The position numbers were made by a program, and so were the translations under genes. Below are positions 1 through 10,347 of a stretch of DNA of 64,000 nt, piece after piece (position 1 is the first letter of the stretch; each line of letters opens with the position of its first letter). The notes below the pieces were generated by a model. It worked only from the letters and a program-made list of their open reading frames with translations, searched no databases and had not been told where the DNA came from. Source of the DNA: Nageia nagi (taxonomy: Eukaryota; Plantae; Pinophyta); assembly GCA_050084985.1 (NCBI GenBank), contig JBITNC010000001.1, positions 138,570,001 through 138,634,000 on the forward strand, in the 5' to 3' direction.

Positions 1-565
1 ATTTTTTTTGTCAATACCTATGGTTTTCAACCCTAGCGCTTGGATGATACTCTTCAGTCCCATTGACCTATTTTTTATCACTCATGGATATTAAAATAGA
101 TTTCTATTTCTATTTATTTTCTCTTACACTACCATTACAAACATCAAATATACCAAAGAACAAAGATTACATACCATATATAAATTAGTTGGCAAGAAAT
201 GAATTTATTTTCCTTGTATCTTAATATTTATAAGAGGAATAAATTATAAGAATGTGAGATAGTCCTTTATTTTCTTTTGTGTTAGATGAAATCACAAATC
301 ATAATTTGGCTAAGTACCTTATATTATATGGTACATTTTTGGATTCAAAAGGAGTGGAACCACCATTTTTATAGTTAATAAACTTTTCAATATTTATATT
401 GGAAAATAAAAAATATCAAATGATGCAATTAATAATTTAAAATATGAAAGGGGACTTTTAAGTGATGGTTTGGTAGCAGTTTCTATAGATTTGCATCATT
501 AATGGTTGGAAATTAAAATATATTTATAACACTTTTAAAAATAGATTTACCAAAATTAATTGATA

Positions 566-882
566 TGAGAGAAATATAATGTTCTTCTATATTCATAAAA
601 ATGGGTTACATATTTATAGGCTTTGTAAGCCATTACAAGACAAGCTAAATGGTTGAGATGCAACATTCTCACACCATAACAAATATCACAAATAGCACAC
701 CTACATGAACTTCAAGATAATAAGTGATGCCTACCCTAACAAATAGGCTAAGTATGGAATATGGTCAATATAGACCAAATATTTCTCACAAGCTAATATT
801 AATACTTTAGGAAATACTCTTAGTCCTAATTAATTAATCTACTAACTTAGGACTTAGGGATATGTAGGGTATAATTCCAACA
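566..882 (-). repeat. 3' LTR of the gag-only element
   Basis: Direct repeat of 4611-4918; adjacent to the PPT (ttctcccctttga on the plus strand). Confidence 0.95.
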
Positions 883-920
883 TTCTCCCCTTTGATGCTA
901 AGTAACTCATGCAAGAGTTC

Positions 921-1980
921 TTAAGCATTACAAAGTTGGAAAAAACATAACCTTTTTCGTTTCCTCCAATCATACAATAGAAAATCAAAATTTTCAAGAA
1001 ATAAGTGTTGGCACTCATTCCACTCTCTAAGTGGGATCTCCTCCATTGTTGATGTTGCTCCTCCAAGATTGGGTGCTTTTTGGTAACTTGCTCCCCTTTG
1101 AACAAAATTATTTATGGTCTTCAACAACCATATTCTCTCTTCTTCATGGTCCTCAAACCATTCTTGTAGTGGCATTCCATCAATGCTATAAGTATTGGTT
1201 TTCAAGAACCAATCTTTCTCACAATGGTGTTTGAACCATTCTTTCATCTCTCTCTCATTTTTTATATGGTGTTTAAACCATGTTTGCAAGTAGTCATTTG
1301 CTTTTGCATTCATTACATCATAGCATACTCCACATGAGTATGTTCTCATTATTTCACAATAATCATTATACCACACTACTCTCTCACAAATGTCTACACA
1401 CACTTTGAGACAATACATAGCCACACATTGGCTAATTACATATGCAACTTTGAGTTTCTCCTCACACAAAGTTTCACTCAAAAAATCACACCTTACTAAG
1501 ATTTTACATTCTTCATTTGAATCCACATGACCCAAGTTTTTCATCAATGTCTTCTCCCAAGGAAGACTCTTCAATGTTGTCTCCATGATGCAATCCTCAA
1601 GAAATGCCTTGATAAGACATTCTCCTCCATTCTCCATAGCATTCAAGCTATCCTTCACACATGTAATCAGCAAACATTCATTAGTAGCATTATCAAATAA
1701 GTCAAAAAATAAGAAAATCATTTCCTCTAATGATGTTTTGGTGAGTAGATATCCACATTAATCTTTCCTTTGATGTTGCTTTTAAAGCAATCATTTCTTC
1801 ATTCATGATAAGGAATTCCCATGGTTCCTCTTTGCATATTGTTGCCTTTATAAGATAACTCTCAAGATCTTTTGATACCTCCATTTCACCATGAAGTCCA
1901 TCAATGGCTATCTCATTATCTTCTATCTCCTCCTTGAGATAGTCATCTTCATTTTCTTCTTTTTCTTCTTCACAAGTACT
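921..1980 (-). pseudogene. Frameshifted continuation of the gag ORF; C-terminal region of unknown function (includes ORFs 1702-1884 and 921-1721)
   Basis: An alternative frame from ~1980 (EEEKEENEDDYLKEEIEDNEIAIDGLHGEMEVS) runs into ORF 1702-1884. Removing one T at ~1715 joins it to ORF 921-1721. It ends just before the PPT. Confidence 0.65.
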
Positions 1981-3233
1981 ATCTCACTATTCTTTCTCTC
2001 CTCCTTGAGATATACTTTGTCATTCACTCTTGGTGAGTGATCTTCTTGCATGAACATGGAGTTTATAGCCTCCATTTCATCTTCATCAATGATCTCTCTT
2101 GGATCATTATCCCATATTGTCTTCATAAGACAATCATCATGTGCCTCCTCCATGAAGCATTCCTCATCTTCTCCTCTCTTCTCAACAAGAAGAAGATTCT
2201 CACATACACTCTCCTCCTTGAGAGTTTCTTCTTGGTGATTGTCACATTGGGTGTGTTCACCATCAACTTGAGCAATGGAATCATCATCACATATGATTTG
2301 ATCCTTCTCTTCATTCACTCCATGTGAGTGAGTTTCATCTACTCCATGTGAGTAGTTTTCAGCCATGGAACACTCCTCCTCAAGGGTGTCTTCATCTTGT
2401 TGTTTATCAAAAAAGAAATCTTGCCAACATTGGGTTGACTCCTCCTCATTCTCCTCCATGAGAATGACTTCTTTAGTTTGTGCCTCCACCATGGAGCACT
2501 CTTCATATGGCTGGATTGGTTTCCTCAATGAACACTCTTCAAATGTCTCCTCCATGAGACATGCATCATCACAAGGCCAATCTAATTCCTCTCCAAGGAA
2601 TTCTCCTTCATGGTTTTCATCATATGTGTCTTCAATAGACATATCACCAAGCATGTAAACAACTCTCACAAGTTCACTTTCATCTTCATCACATGGGTCA
2701 TCTTGATGCCCTCCAAACATGTAAGGTTCCTCTTCACCAATAAGAGCCTTAATTTCTTCTAGGGTCAAATTAATACCCTCAATTTTTATGACATAAGACA
2801 TATCTTCATCATAAGACTCCTCCAAAAAACTTTCAAAGAAGCAAGGCTCCTCCTTGCTTACATAATTTCCATGATTGTCATCTATGGCTTTATGGGAGTC
2901 CTCCTCACATCCATAAGCATATTTTAATGCTTTCCAAGCAATTTGGGCTGTTTTACATTTTGCAATGAGAGGTAAAACATTTGGCTTCATTCCTCTCCTA
3001 ATATCCATAAGAGCTAAGCAATTTTCATATTGCTTCTCTTTCTTCTCTCTTTTCTCCTCTCCTTCAAGGAAGTTCCAATTTGGAGGTTCTTCATAGCCTT
3101 CAATGGTGATGTCCCAAAGACCTTTTCTAATGAGAAAGTGCTTCATTTTTGTGCTCCAAAAAACATATTTTTTTCCATTGAACATAGGGATAGGTATGTC
3201 TTCAAACATATAATCCATTCTCCATTCATTCAC
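1923..3233 (-). CDS. Copia Gag N-terminus (DUF4219/UBN2-like) fused to an acidic low-complexity region
   Basis: IPMFNGKKYVFWSTKMKHFLIRKGLWDITIEGYEEP...IAKCKTAQIAWKAL matches the Copia gag N-terminus; followed by ~300 aa rich in E, D and C. Confidence 0.8.
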   Translation of the reverse strand: MNEWRMDYMFEDIPIPMFNGKKYVFWSTKMKHFLIRKGLWDITIEGYEEPPNWNFLEGEEKREKKEKQYENCLALMDIRRGMKPNVLPLIAKCKTAQIAWKALKYAYGCEEDSHKAIDDNHGNYVSKEEPCFFESFLEESYDEDMSYVIKIEGINLTLEEIKALIGEEEPYMFGGHQDDPCDEDESELVRVVYMLGDMSIEDTYDENHEGEFLGEELDWPCDDACLMEETFEECSLRKPIQPYEECSMVEAQTKEVILMEENEEESTQCWQDFFFDKQQDEDTLEEECSMAENYSHGVDETHSHGVNEEKDQIICDDDSIAQVDGEHTQCDNHQEETLKEESVCENLLLVEKRGEDEECFMEEAHDDCLMKTIWDNDPREIIDEDEMEAINSMFMQEDHSPRVNDKVYLKEERKNSEIVLVKKKKKKMKMTISRRR

Positions 3234-4135
3234 CCTTCAAATATGGAGAAATTCGACACTTTTCAACATTCTATTTTTATTTCTAAAATGTAGATACAGG
3301 AATCGTTGGTGACTTAGCAGAGATCACTAGCAATTGGACTGGATCGTTGGCGATTGGAGACGGTCATCAATGATCAGATCTTATGCTCCCCTAGGCTGCT
3401 CCACTCACAGTGCTTAGCTCCTGCCTGCTTCAAGTCGATCGTTGATCACTGATGATTCTATGACGATCATCGATGATTCTTAGTTGAGTGTTGGCGACTC
3501 TACAATTCTCCAGATGTATGAATTTTTACATAATTTTGGGTGTTTTTGATCCCTTCGAGAAATTTTGGAACCCCTTGGAACCCCATTTCTTTTTTTTTAA
3601 ACAAAACTTGCCACTTTGTGGATGTAAAATGCCCAGGCGATTGTTGGCGATTTGCAAGGATCATTGGCGACTGTACCTCAAATGCTGGCAATTCTGTAAC
3701 TTTTCAAACTTGCAAAATGGCTACAATTTTTCACCTTCTCAATGGAGTTTTCTCATCTCCCTCTCCTCCACATGACTGGATCCCTCTATTGATCAAACTA
3801 GCACAGATCTACGATCCCTTCATGCCTTTTAGTCTTGCATAATAGATCAATTCATTTTCTTTTGCAACGTACGTCTCCTCATAGCATGCACATCTCCTCA
3901 CAGTGTGAACCTCTCCATGTAGGTCCATATCAGTTCATACATCTCCTTTGATGTACATATGCTTCAGAGTCTCCTCCACATGATCTTAGTCATCTTTTTC
4001 CTCCTCCATGCAAAATGTTTTCCTCCTCTACGAGTAGCATAGCTTCCTCCTCTATGAGCTGTGAGTAGCACAGCAGACCTCCTTCGCGAGCTACAAACCA
4101 CAAACAACATGATGCTTGGGGCTTCTTCTCATAGA

Positions 4136-4352
4136 AGATAGAAGATAATGAGATAGCCATTGATGGACTTCATGGTAAAATGGAGGCATCAAAAGATCTT
4201 GAGAGTTATCTTATAAAGGCAACAATATACAAAGAGGAACCATGGGAATTCCTTATCATGAATGAAGAAATGATTGCTTTAAAAGCAACATCAAAGGAAA
4301 GATTAATGTGGATATCTACTCACCAAAACATCATTAGATGAAATGATTTCTT
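4136..4352 (+). repeat. Inverted copy of 1711-1928 inside the gag-only element
   Basis: Reverse complement of 1711-1928 with about 4 substitutions and one 1-nt indel over ~217 bp. Confidence 0.93.
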
Positions 4353-4610
4353 TACGTAGCGGATCATCAGAGGAGCATTCTTAGCATTGGATATCATCCT
4401 TCACACATTTTCACAGAACTTGATCTGATCTTCCTCCTTTGGATTCTGGAATTGGAACATTCCCATTTGAATTTGCCATTGCTACAATCACAATTGACAA
4501 TCTTCTTCCAAGAGTTGTTGGATCCTCCTCAAATGTAGCTTTCAAAACTTCATACAAGTCACCTCACTCACTACTCAATCCCAATAGATTGAACTAGCTC
4601 TGATACCAAT

Positions 4611-4918
4611 TGAGAGAACTATAATGTTATTCTATATTCATAAAAATGGGTTAAATATTTATAGGCTTTGTGAGCCATTACAAGACAAGCTAAATGGTTG
4701 AGATGCAATATTCTCACACCATAACAAATATCACACCTACTTGAACTTCAAGATAATAAGTGATGCCTACCCTAACAAATAGGCTAAGTATGGAATATGG
4801 TCAACATAGACCAAATATTTCTCACAAGCTAATATTAATACTTTAAGAAATACTCTTAGTACTAATTAATTAATCTACTAACTTAGGACTTAGGGATATG
4901 TAGGGTATAATTCCAACA
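4611..4918 (-). repeat. 5' LTR of the gag-only element
   Basis: Direct repeat of 566-882; adjacent to the PBS agctctgatacca. Confidence 0.95.
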
Positions 4919-5016
4919 TGATATTCACTACATTGTTCATCATGAATCTTTAGAAGTAACATATGCTTATAAAAAAATACTTGAAATATTATATGTTGAG
5001 ATAAGTTTTATTGAAA

Positions 5017-5590
5017 TTATGCTTACTAGACATAAGCAATTTTTGAAATGATAATCATGGCCACTTAAAATTAATAAAAAAATAAAATATTCATGAAACA
5101 AATATAAAAAATATCCTCCATAATATTTAGTGTCTTATTTATCTTTAACCAAAAGGATTTAAAAAGATATTTTAATTTAGGTCCAATTATGTTTGACAGA
5201 CATTATGGGTATGGTCTTGAAATTATATTTTTTAAATAATTAGTTTTGTATTTATTTAATAATATTTTATATTTTGGTAATTGTGAAAAAATAATATATG
5301 TGCACAATTTGCATACAATTATTCAAAAAAAAATAAACAAATTAAAAATGATAAGTTTAGGTCAAATTATGCTTGGTAGACACAAGCAATTTTCAAAACG
5401 GTAATCACAATTATTAAAAAATTAATAAAAAATAAAATATTCATGGAAAAATTATAAAAAAATCCTCCATAATCTTTAGTATCTTAGGTATATTTTCTCA
5501 AAAGGATTTTAAAATATATTTTAATTTAGGTCCAATTATGCTTGCTGACACAATGGGGGTATGGTCCTGAAATTTTATTTTTTAAATAGT
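5017..5590. repeat. Diverged direct repeat of ~220 bp (5017-5240 and 5367-5590)
   Basis: Shared ttatgctt...aagcaatttt...tcctccataat...ttttaatttaggtccaattatg...ggtatggtc, period 350 bp. Confidence 0.75.
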
Positions 5591-6904
5591 GGCTTTTAAA
5601 TAGGCCTACCAAATATTAATTTAGAAATAAATTTTTACATAAGTGACCTTTTTCAAGAATCAAACTCTAAATGTTTCAAATTTTGAGATCAATTTTGTGA
5701 AAACATAAAAATTAGAGAAAATACTTCCACTTTTTTTGCCAAAAGTGGGACTCATCTTCTTGCACTTATCCTTTAGGCTCTCATCATTTTATGACTCTCT
5801 CCTTGAGAGATGAAAGGAGGAAAACATCTGTCTAGTATGATGAATATGAAATTCTTTCATTAAGCTATGATTGTCTCTTATTTTCAAATGGTATTATATA
5901 TGTTTTATTTCATGTACTTATAATCATATCATTTTATTTGATATAGTAAGGTTTACATTTACTTACATGATTTGGTACTACTATTTAATTTGTATAAAGA
6001 CTTGGTTTTCATTATTATTTTCATTCTAACTTTAAGTTTAATACTAAGAAGAAGCAAAAATATTGGTTGAAAATTATTTGTAGTATATTTTAACTCTTTA
6101 TAAGTTCCAAATTCAATTTGTAGGAAAGAAGGAGCTAGTTCAATGATTTCCCTCTTCCCTTGTAGAAAGGAGGACAAAGATTATCATCTAAAAGAATTTT
6201 TGTTTACAACATTATTGAGAGAGATGTTTAATTTTGATTGAATATAAGATTTTTATATTATAATACCAATTGTATAAAATATATCAATTATGTTTAAAAC
6301 TATAATTTCATCTATTGATTTTATTCAATTTTGATAAACAAATATAACTTTGATATTGAACTCAGTACTTCTATTTTTGTATAAGATGTATATTCTTAAT
6401 AAGTTATGATTATCTAAATGTATATTGTATGATTATATGCATCATATTATATTTATTAAAATACTCCAAACATAGGTAGATTGTATTCATAGTAGATAAA
6501 AATGTATGGTATATAATGACATAATATAATCAATTAAACTTTAAAGAAGATGATATACATGAAACATTTTGATGTGGTATTTTTTAAGCTACTTTCATTA
6601 CATATTTAAATACATAATATTTTTCTATTTTTTAAAGTATATACAGTTTGTTATTAAATACAAATCTCAATAATATTACTTAAAACATATCAACATATAT
6701 TATTATAATATCTTAACAACTTATTATAATATCTTAAAAAAGGTTTTAGAATTTTTTTATCAACATTAGGTAAATATGTGATGAAATAGTTATTATACAT
6801 AAAGAAATGTATTCAATAGCTAAAAATAAAAAAAAAATATAAAATATGTATTGATATATGAATCTAGTCCACTATTTTTTTCCTTTGAATGTTGGATGAA
6901 ATGT

Positions 6905-7280
6905 TTTGGAGGGAACAGAATTAATAAATTTTGAAGAAAAGTTACAACATATAAAATATGCATTGATTGATGAGATGAGCTTTATTAAAATAGATAGATT
7001 CACATCTTCATCAGGTTTTTTTGCAATATTCTAACATCTATTTTAGAGGAAGTTCAATAACTTTGGTGAGCCGTTGAGGATAATTACCACCTGATATCCA
7101 TAGATGACCATATGTAAGTTACAAGTATTCAAAATTATTATTGTAAGAATTTTTTATTATTATAATATTGTATAAGGTATTTCACATGATGGACAAAATG
7201 AAGATAAAAAATGATTTTGTCAACTACTTACAAATATCAAAGAATCAAATCCAACTATTGAGAATTTAAAATTGTTAGAG
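6905..7280 (+). pseudogene. Pif1-family (SF1B) DNA helicase relic, Helitron-like element
   Basis: Manual translation across frameshifts: EKLQHIKYALIDEMSFI (Walker B), IDSHLHQ, FRGSSITLVS..G*LPP (FGG..GD..QLPP motif), QLLTNIKESNPT. Confidence 0.75.
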
Positions 7281-7599
7281 GACTTAAAATCTAATCAACA
7301 TTCACCCTAAATACTAATTGTTTGATAGTCTTCAGATTATTATCATTGTTATTCCAAGTGAAAAAAATATCATTAGGGTTCATAAAAAATATAAAATATT
7401 GGTTCCTTCCAACTTGAAATTATCAGCTAGATAATAAGATATCAATGAAAGGATAATCATACTTACCTTGTTTTGGTTTCAATAAGCTCATAGTATACAA
7501 TATGCTTGAGCTCACGCACTACTGGGAAAGTTATAGCAGAATGTGAGTTTGTCCTTCTGGTGTACAAGGGACATAAAATCACTAATGTTGTAACTTATG

Positions 7600-8337
7600 G
7601 AATATGTTATCCTTTGTTGACAATCTATAAAGAGTTCATGCCTTCCATCTGGTTTTTGCATTGCCATTCTGTGCAAGTTTAAATTTGTCATTATATACAC
7701 CAAGCTGTGATGCTGTCCATAAATGAAAGGAATCATTTACACCCAATGCAAGCAATACAACAACAACATTCTCCTTGTCACGAGATGAGCCTAAATGGAT
7801 CAAATTAACAAGAATATGAATAGCAGATTAATTTTTAATGGTAATAATACCTTCCTGATGATTAGTGAGTATTGCAAGAATAGTAAGAACTTCATCCACA
7901 ATTCCAATGGTTTGCTCAACGATAATTCCATAAAAGTAGGAACAATTCTAGCCGGAACAGCCCAAGCTTTGTTTCATTGGTAAATGAATAAATTGAAGAG
8001 AGGAGTAGTAGAACCCTCCTTTCCCTTGGAGTTTCATCTCAAAGTAGATCAACTAAAGGAGGGATGGCTCCTGAAGCTTCAATACTAATTTTGTTCTCAT
8101 CCACAACAGACAGGCTAGGAAGACTCGTAGCAGCACTTTCTCTTGTTTCTATGCAACTATCAATAGATAAATTTAGAAGATCTATCACTTCATGCTGTTG
8201 GGTTGCAACACAACTTGATGATAACAATTTCAGTAAGTGTGGAATAGCTCCAGACTTGGCAATTAAAAGTCTGTTATCTGAATTTCTCTTTGCAAGTAGC
8301 TAAATTTCTTGTGCAGCAGTTCTTTACACATCTGCTT
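7600..8337 (-). pseudogene. ARM-repeat region of a plant U-box E3 ligase (PUB13/14-like), disabled fragment
   Basis: [31 protein letters not shown]...[19 protein letters not shown]...LFNLFIYQ*NKA...IVDEVLTILAILTNHQEG...GSSRDKENVVVVLLAL...LAQNGNAKTRWKA. Several stops, frameshifts and an internal deletion of about one ARM repeat. No U-box seen. Confidence 0.85.
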
Positions 8338-9397
8338 TTCAAAATAAAATTTTTTAAACTAAAATATCTTTTCCTTATAGATATTCGAAAGGAATATGAG
8401 AAGTTATTGGACGTACAGAGTTAGGTGAGGCAAGACTTGCTTGGTTTTGACGCATGTTTTATGGCTTGTATCAAACTATTTCTGAATGCTTGATCGATCA
8501 TAAAGTAAAATATTATGATAAATTTCTTAATTCCTATTTGGGCAAGAAATTATCCTTTTTCTATAATATGCTCTTGATGGTCAAACTGAAATTTAGTCAT
8601 TATCGGATGTAAGAATGATTATTCCTAGGATACTAACAAAAATTCCCAAGGTAACGAGCATTCTAATTGTTAGAATGGTCACTTCCCTTCTTAGATAATT
8701 GTAGAACATGCTTCCTTTCGGGTATTTATATCTTTATGTTGACTTCATAACGATAATGGAAATGGTAGAAGTCATTTAGGTTTAAATAATGGACTAGGTT
8801 GAATACCTTGTCACACACCTTCGTAGGTCGCAAATTCTGCAATTATTATACGATAAAAATAGTAAACTAGTTCCCCCTATACAGATAAATACTCTAAGTC
8901 ACAAGTTACATATTTGCTATTTAATAAAAATATAAAATATGAAGAATATGAATTCTTCCTTAACAAGCTAAATACTTTATATCATAGGTCATACATTTAT
9001 TGTTAGATAAAAATACTAAATGTAAAGAAGGGGACTTATTTTTTATATGCTAAGTACACTAAATCATACATAAAACATTTTCAAGCTTCATGAAAAGGAA
9101 AATGTATCTATTTTATTTCATCATTAGAAACATCCTTTAAAAATACCTTTTATATCTTTAAAACAAAAAGATCAATAATATAATAGTTAAGAATTATATA
9201 AAATAAATACATCAAACTGTTAGAAATTTGAAAGAAAAAAAACATCAAATCATTAGAAATTGAAAAAAAAACAACAAATTTAGAAAAATTTGAATGAATG
9301 GTGATTTCTTCAATTAGTTTTATGTACATGAAGGGCTAAATTGTAAAAAAAAGGTCAATTTGAGCTTCCTTCTGTATTCAATGGAATGAGCTTTATC

Positions 9398-10231
9398 TCA
9401 AGAAAAAGAAAGACTGTTCAAGAGTGCAACTCTAGCAGAAATAAAAGCTTTGAAGAGATGGTCTATTTTGTGATCCAAAAGGGCTAGAGCTCTGTCCAAG
9501 TCTCGGAGTGCCGTGTTGATTTCAGAGAGTTCAAGAGTCATGTGCAGCTTGGAGTTGGAGTTGAGTCGATTGTTGAGGTTATCAAGTGCAACATCTGCCC
9601 CCTCTAACTCGACCAACAACCACCTCTTGGATTTCCATCTTCTCATTTCAACGTTCTGCTTTAGCTTGGTTTGTAGATTGCTAAGAGGAAGTGATACAGA
9701 TAGAGACGGCATCCTAAGAGGGTTGACGGAAAATGAAGCCACTAGTGCAGAACACACCAAGATGGCAATTGCCTTAGCATGGTTCACGGCAATGAAAGCT
9801 TCTTCACCTGATCGTGCTTGCGCTTTTGCCTGGAGGCTTACGCTATCAGCCATTCGCCTGAGTGTAGACATGCATTTCTCAAGTCTGGATTGGATGCCCT
9901 TATTCTTTAGGCCTGACAAACTGGCAAGTGAGCTGCCCAATCTTTGAAGGGCACTGATTCGAATGGCTAACTGCATAGACGTGTGCTGCTTCCTCATTTC
10001 ATCTATGCTATCTCTCAACACATTGTAGATGTCCACCCATTTGCATCCCTTACTTGTGCCATCAATGTCAAACCCTAATTCTGAGGATCTGCGACAAGCG
10101 TCGATCACCACCTCCAAAGCTTCTCCAACCCAATCTGCGCAGTAATATGAGCAAGAAGGCTGTTCCTGTAATGTTTCCAGATCAGCTGCGAATTCAGAGA
10201 TGGCTGGGTGCCTCTCGAGTGTGGAGAGCAT
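9398..10231 (-). CDS. DUF241/BPS1-family protein, copy A1 (damaged; ancestral start probably 10301)
   Basis: KWVD..VLRDSI core and C-terminal LDRALALLDHKIDHLFKAFISARVALLNSLS are typical of DUF241/BPS1. Compared with its paralogs it has a 33-nt in-frame deletion at ~10033 and a 32-nt frameshifting deletion at ~10293. Confidence 0.65.
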   Translation of the reverse strand: MLSTLERHPAISEFAADLETLQEQPSCSYYCADWVGEALEVVIDACRRSSELGFDIDGTSKGCKWVDIYNVLRDSIDEMRKQHTSMQLAIRISALQRLGSSLASLSGLKNKGIQSRLEKCMSTLRRMADSVSLQAKAQARSGEEAFIAVNHAKAIAILVCSALVASFSVNPLRMPSLSVSLPLSNLQTKLKQNVEMRRWKSKRWLLVELEGADVALDNLNNRLNSNSKLHMTLELSEINTALRDLDRALALLDHKIDHLFKAFISARVALLNSLSFS

Positions 10232-10339
10232 ACTCCATGATCGCTTGTGCCTGTGCCCATCTCTGCGTGGAGAGAGGGAGCGCAGGGCTAAGGGCGCTCA
10301 TGGTGGTCGGGATTACTGATGCTGCGGCATTTACATATG

Positions 10340-10347
10340 TATTTATA
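10340..10347 (-). promoter_or_regulatory. Candidate TATA box (TATAAATA) about 40 nt upstream of the ancestral ATG; also present in B1, A2 and A3
   Basis: Minus strand gaaatataaatacat, followed by accaccATG at 10301. Confidence 0.4.

Larger units (their letters stand above)
566..4918 (-). mobile_element. Non-autonomous gag-only (TR-GAG-like) Ty1/Copia LTR retrotransposon, 4353 bp
   Basis: LTRs 566-882 and 4611-4918 (TG...CA; about 9 substitutions and one 9-bp indel). 5-bp TSD TGATA at 561-565 and 4919-4923. tRNA-iMet PBS at 4596-4608 (minus strand TGGTATCAGAGCT). PPT at 883-895. Copia gag N-terminus present; no PR, INT, RT or RNase H motifs seen. Confidence 0.93.

Noticed and set aside
2037-2658. 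Ser-rich and hydrophobic plus-strand ORFs
   Set aside because: Antisense to the Glu-rich gag extension; a compositional artefact.
9513-9947. Recurring plus-strand ORFs over the DUF241 copies (also 10054, 16255, 33521, 38660, 62252, 62892)
   Set aside because: Antisense shadows of the minus-strand genes; they recur only because the genes are duplicated.
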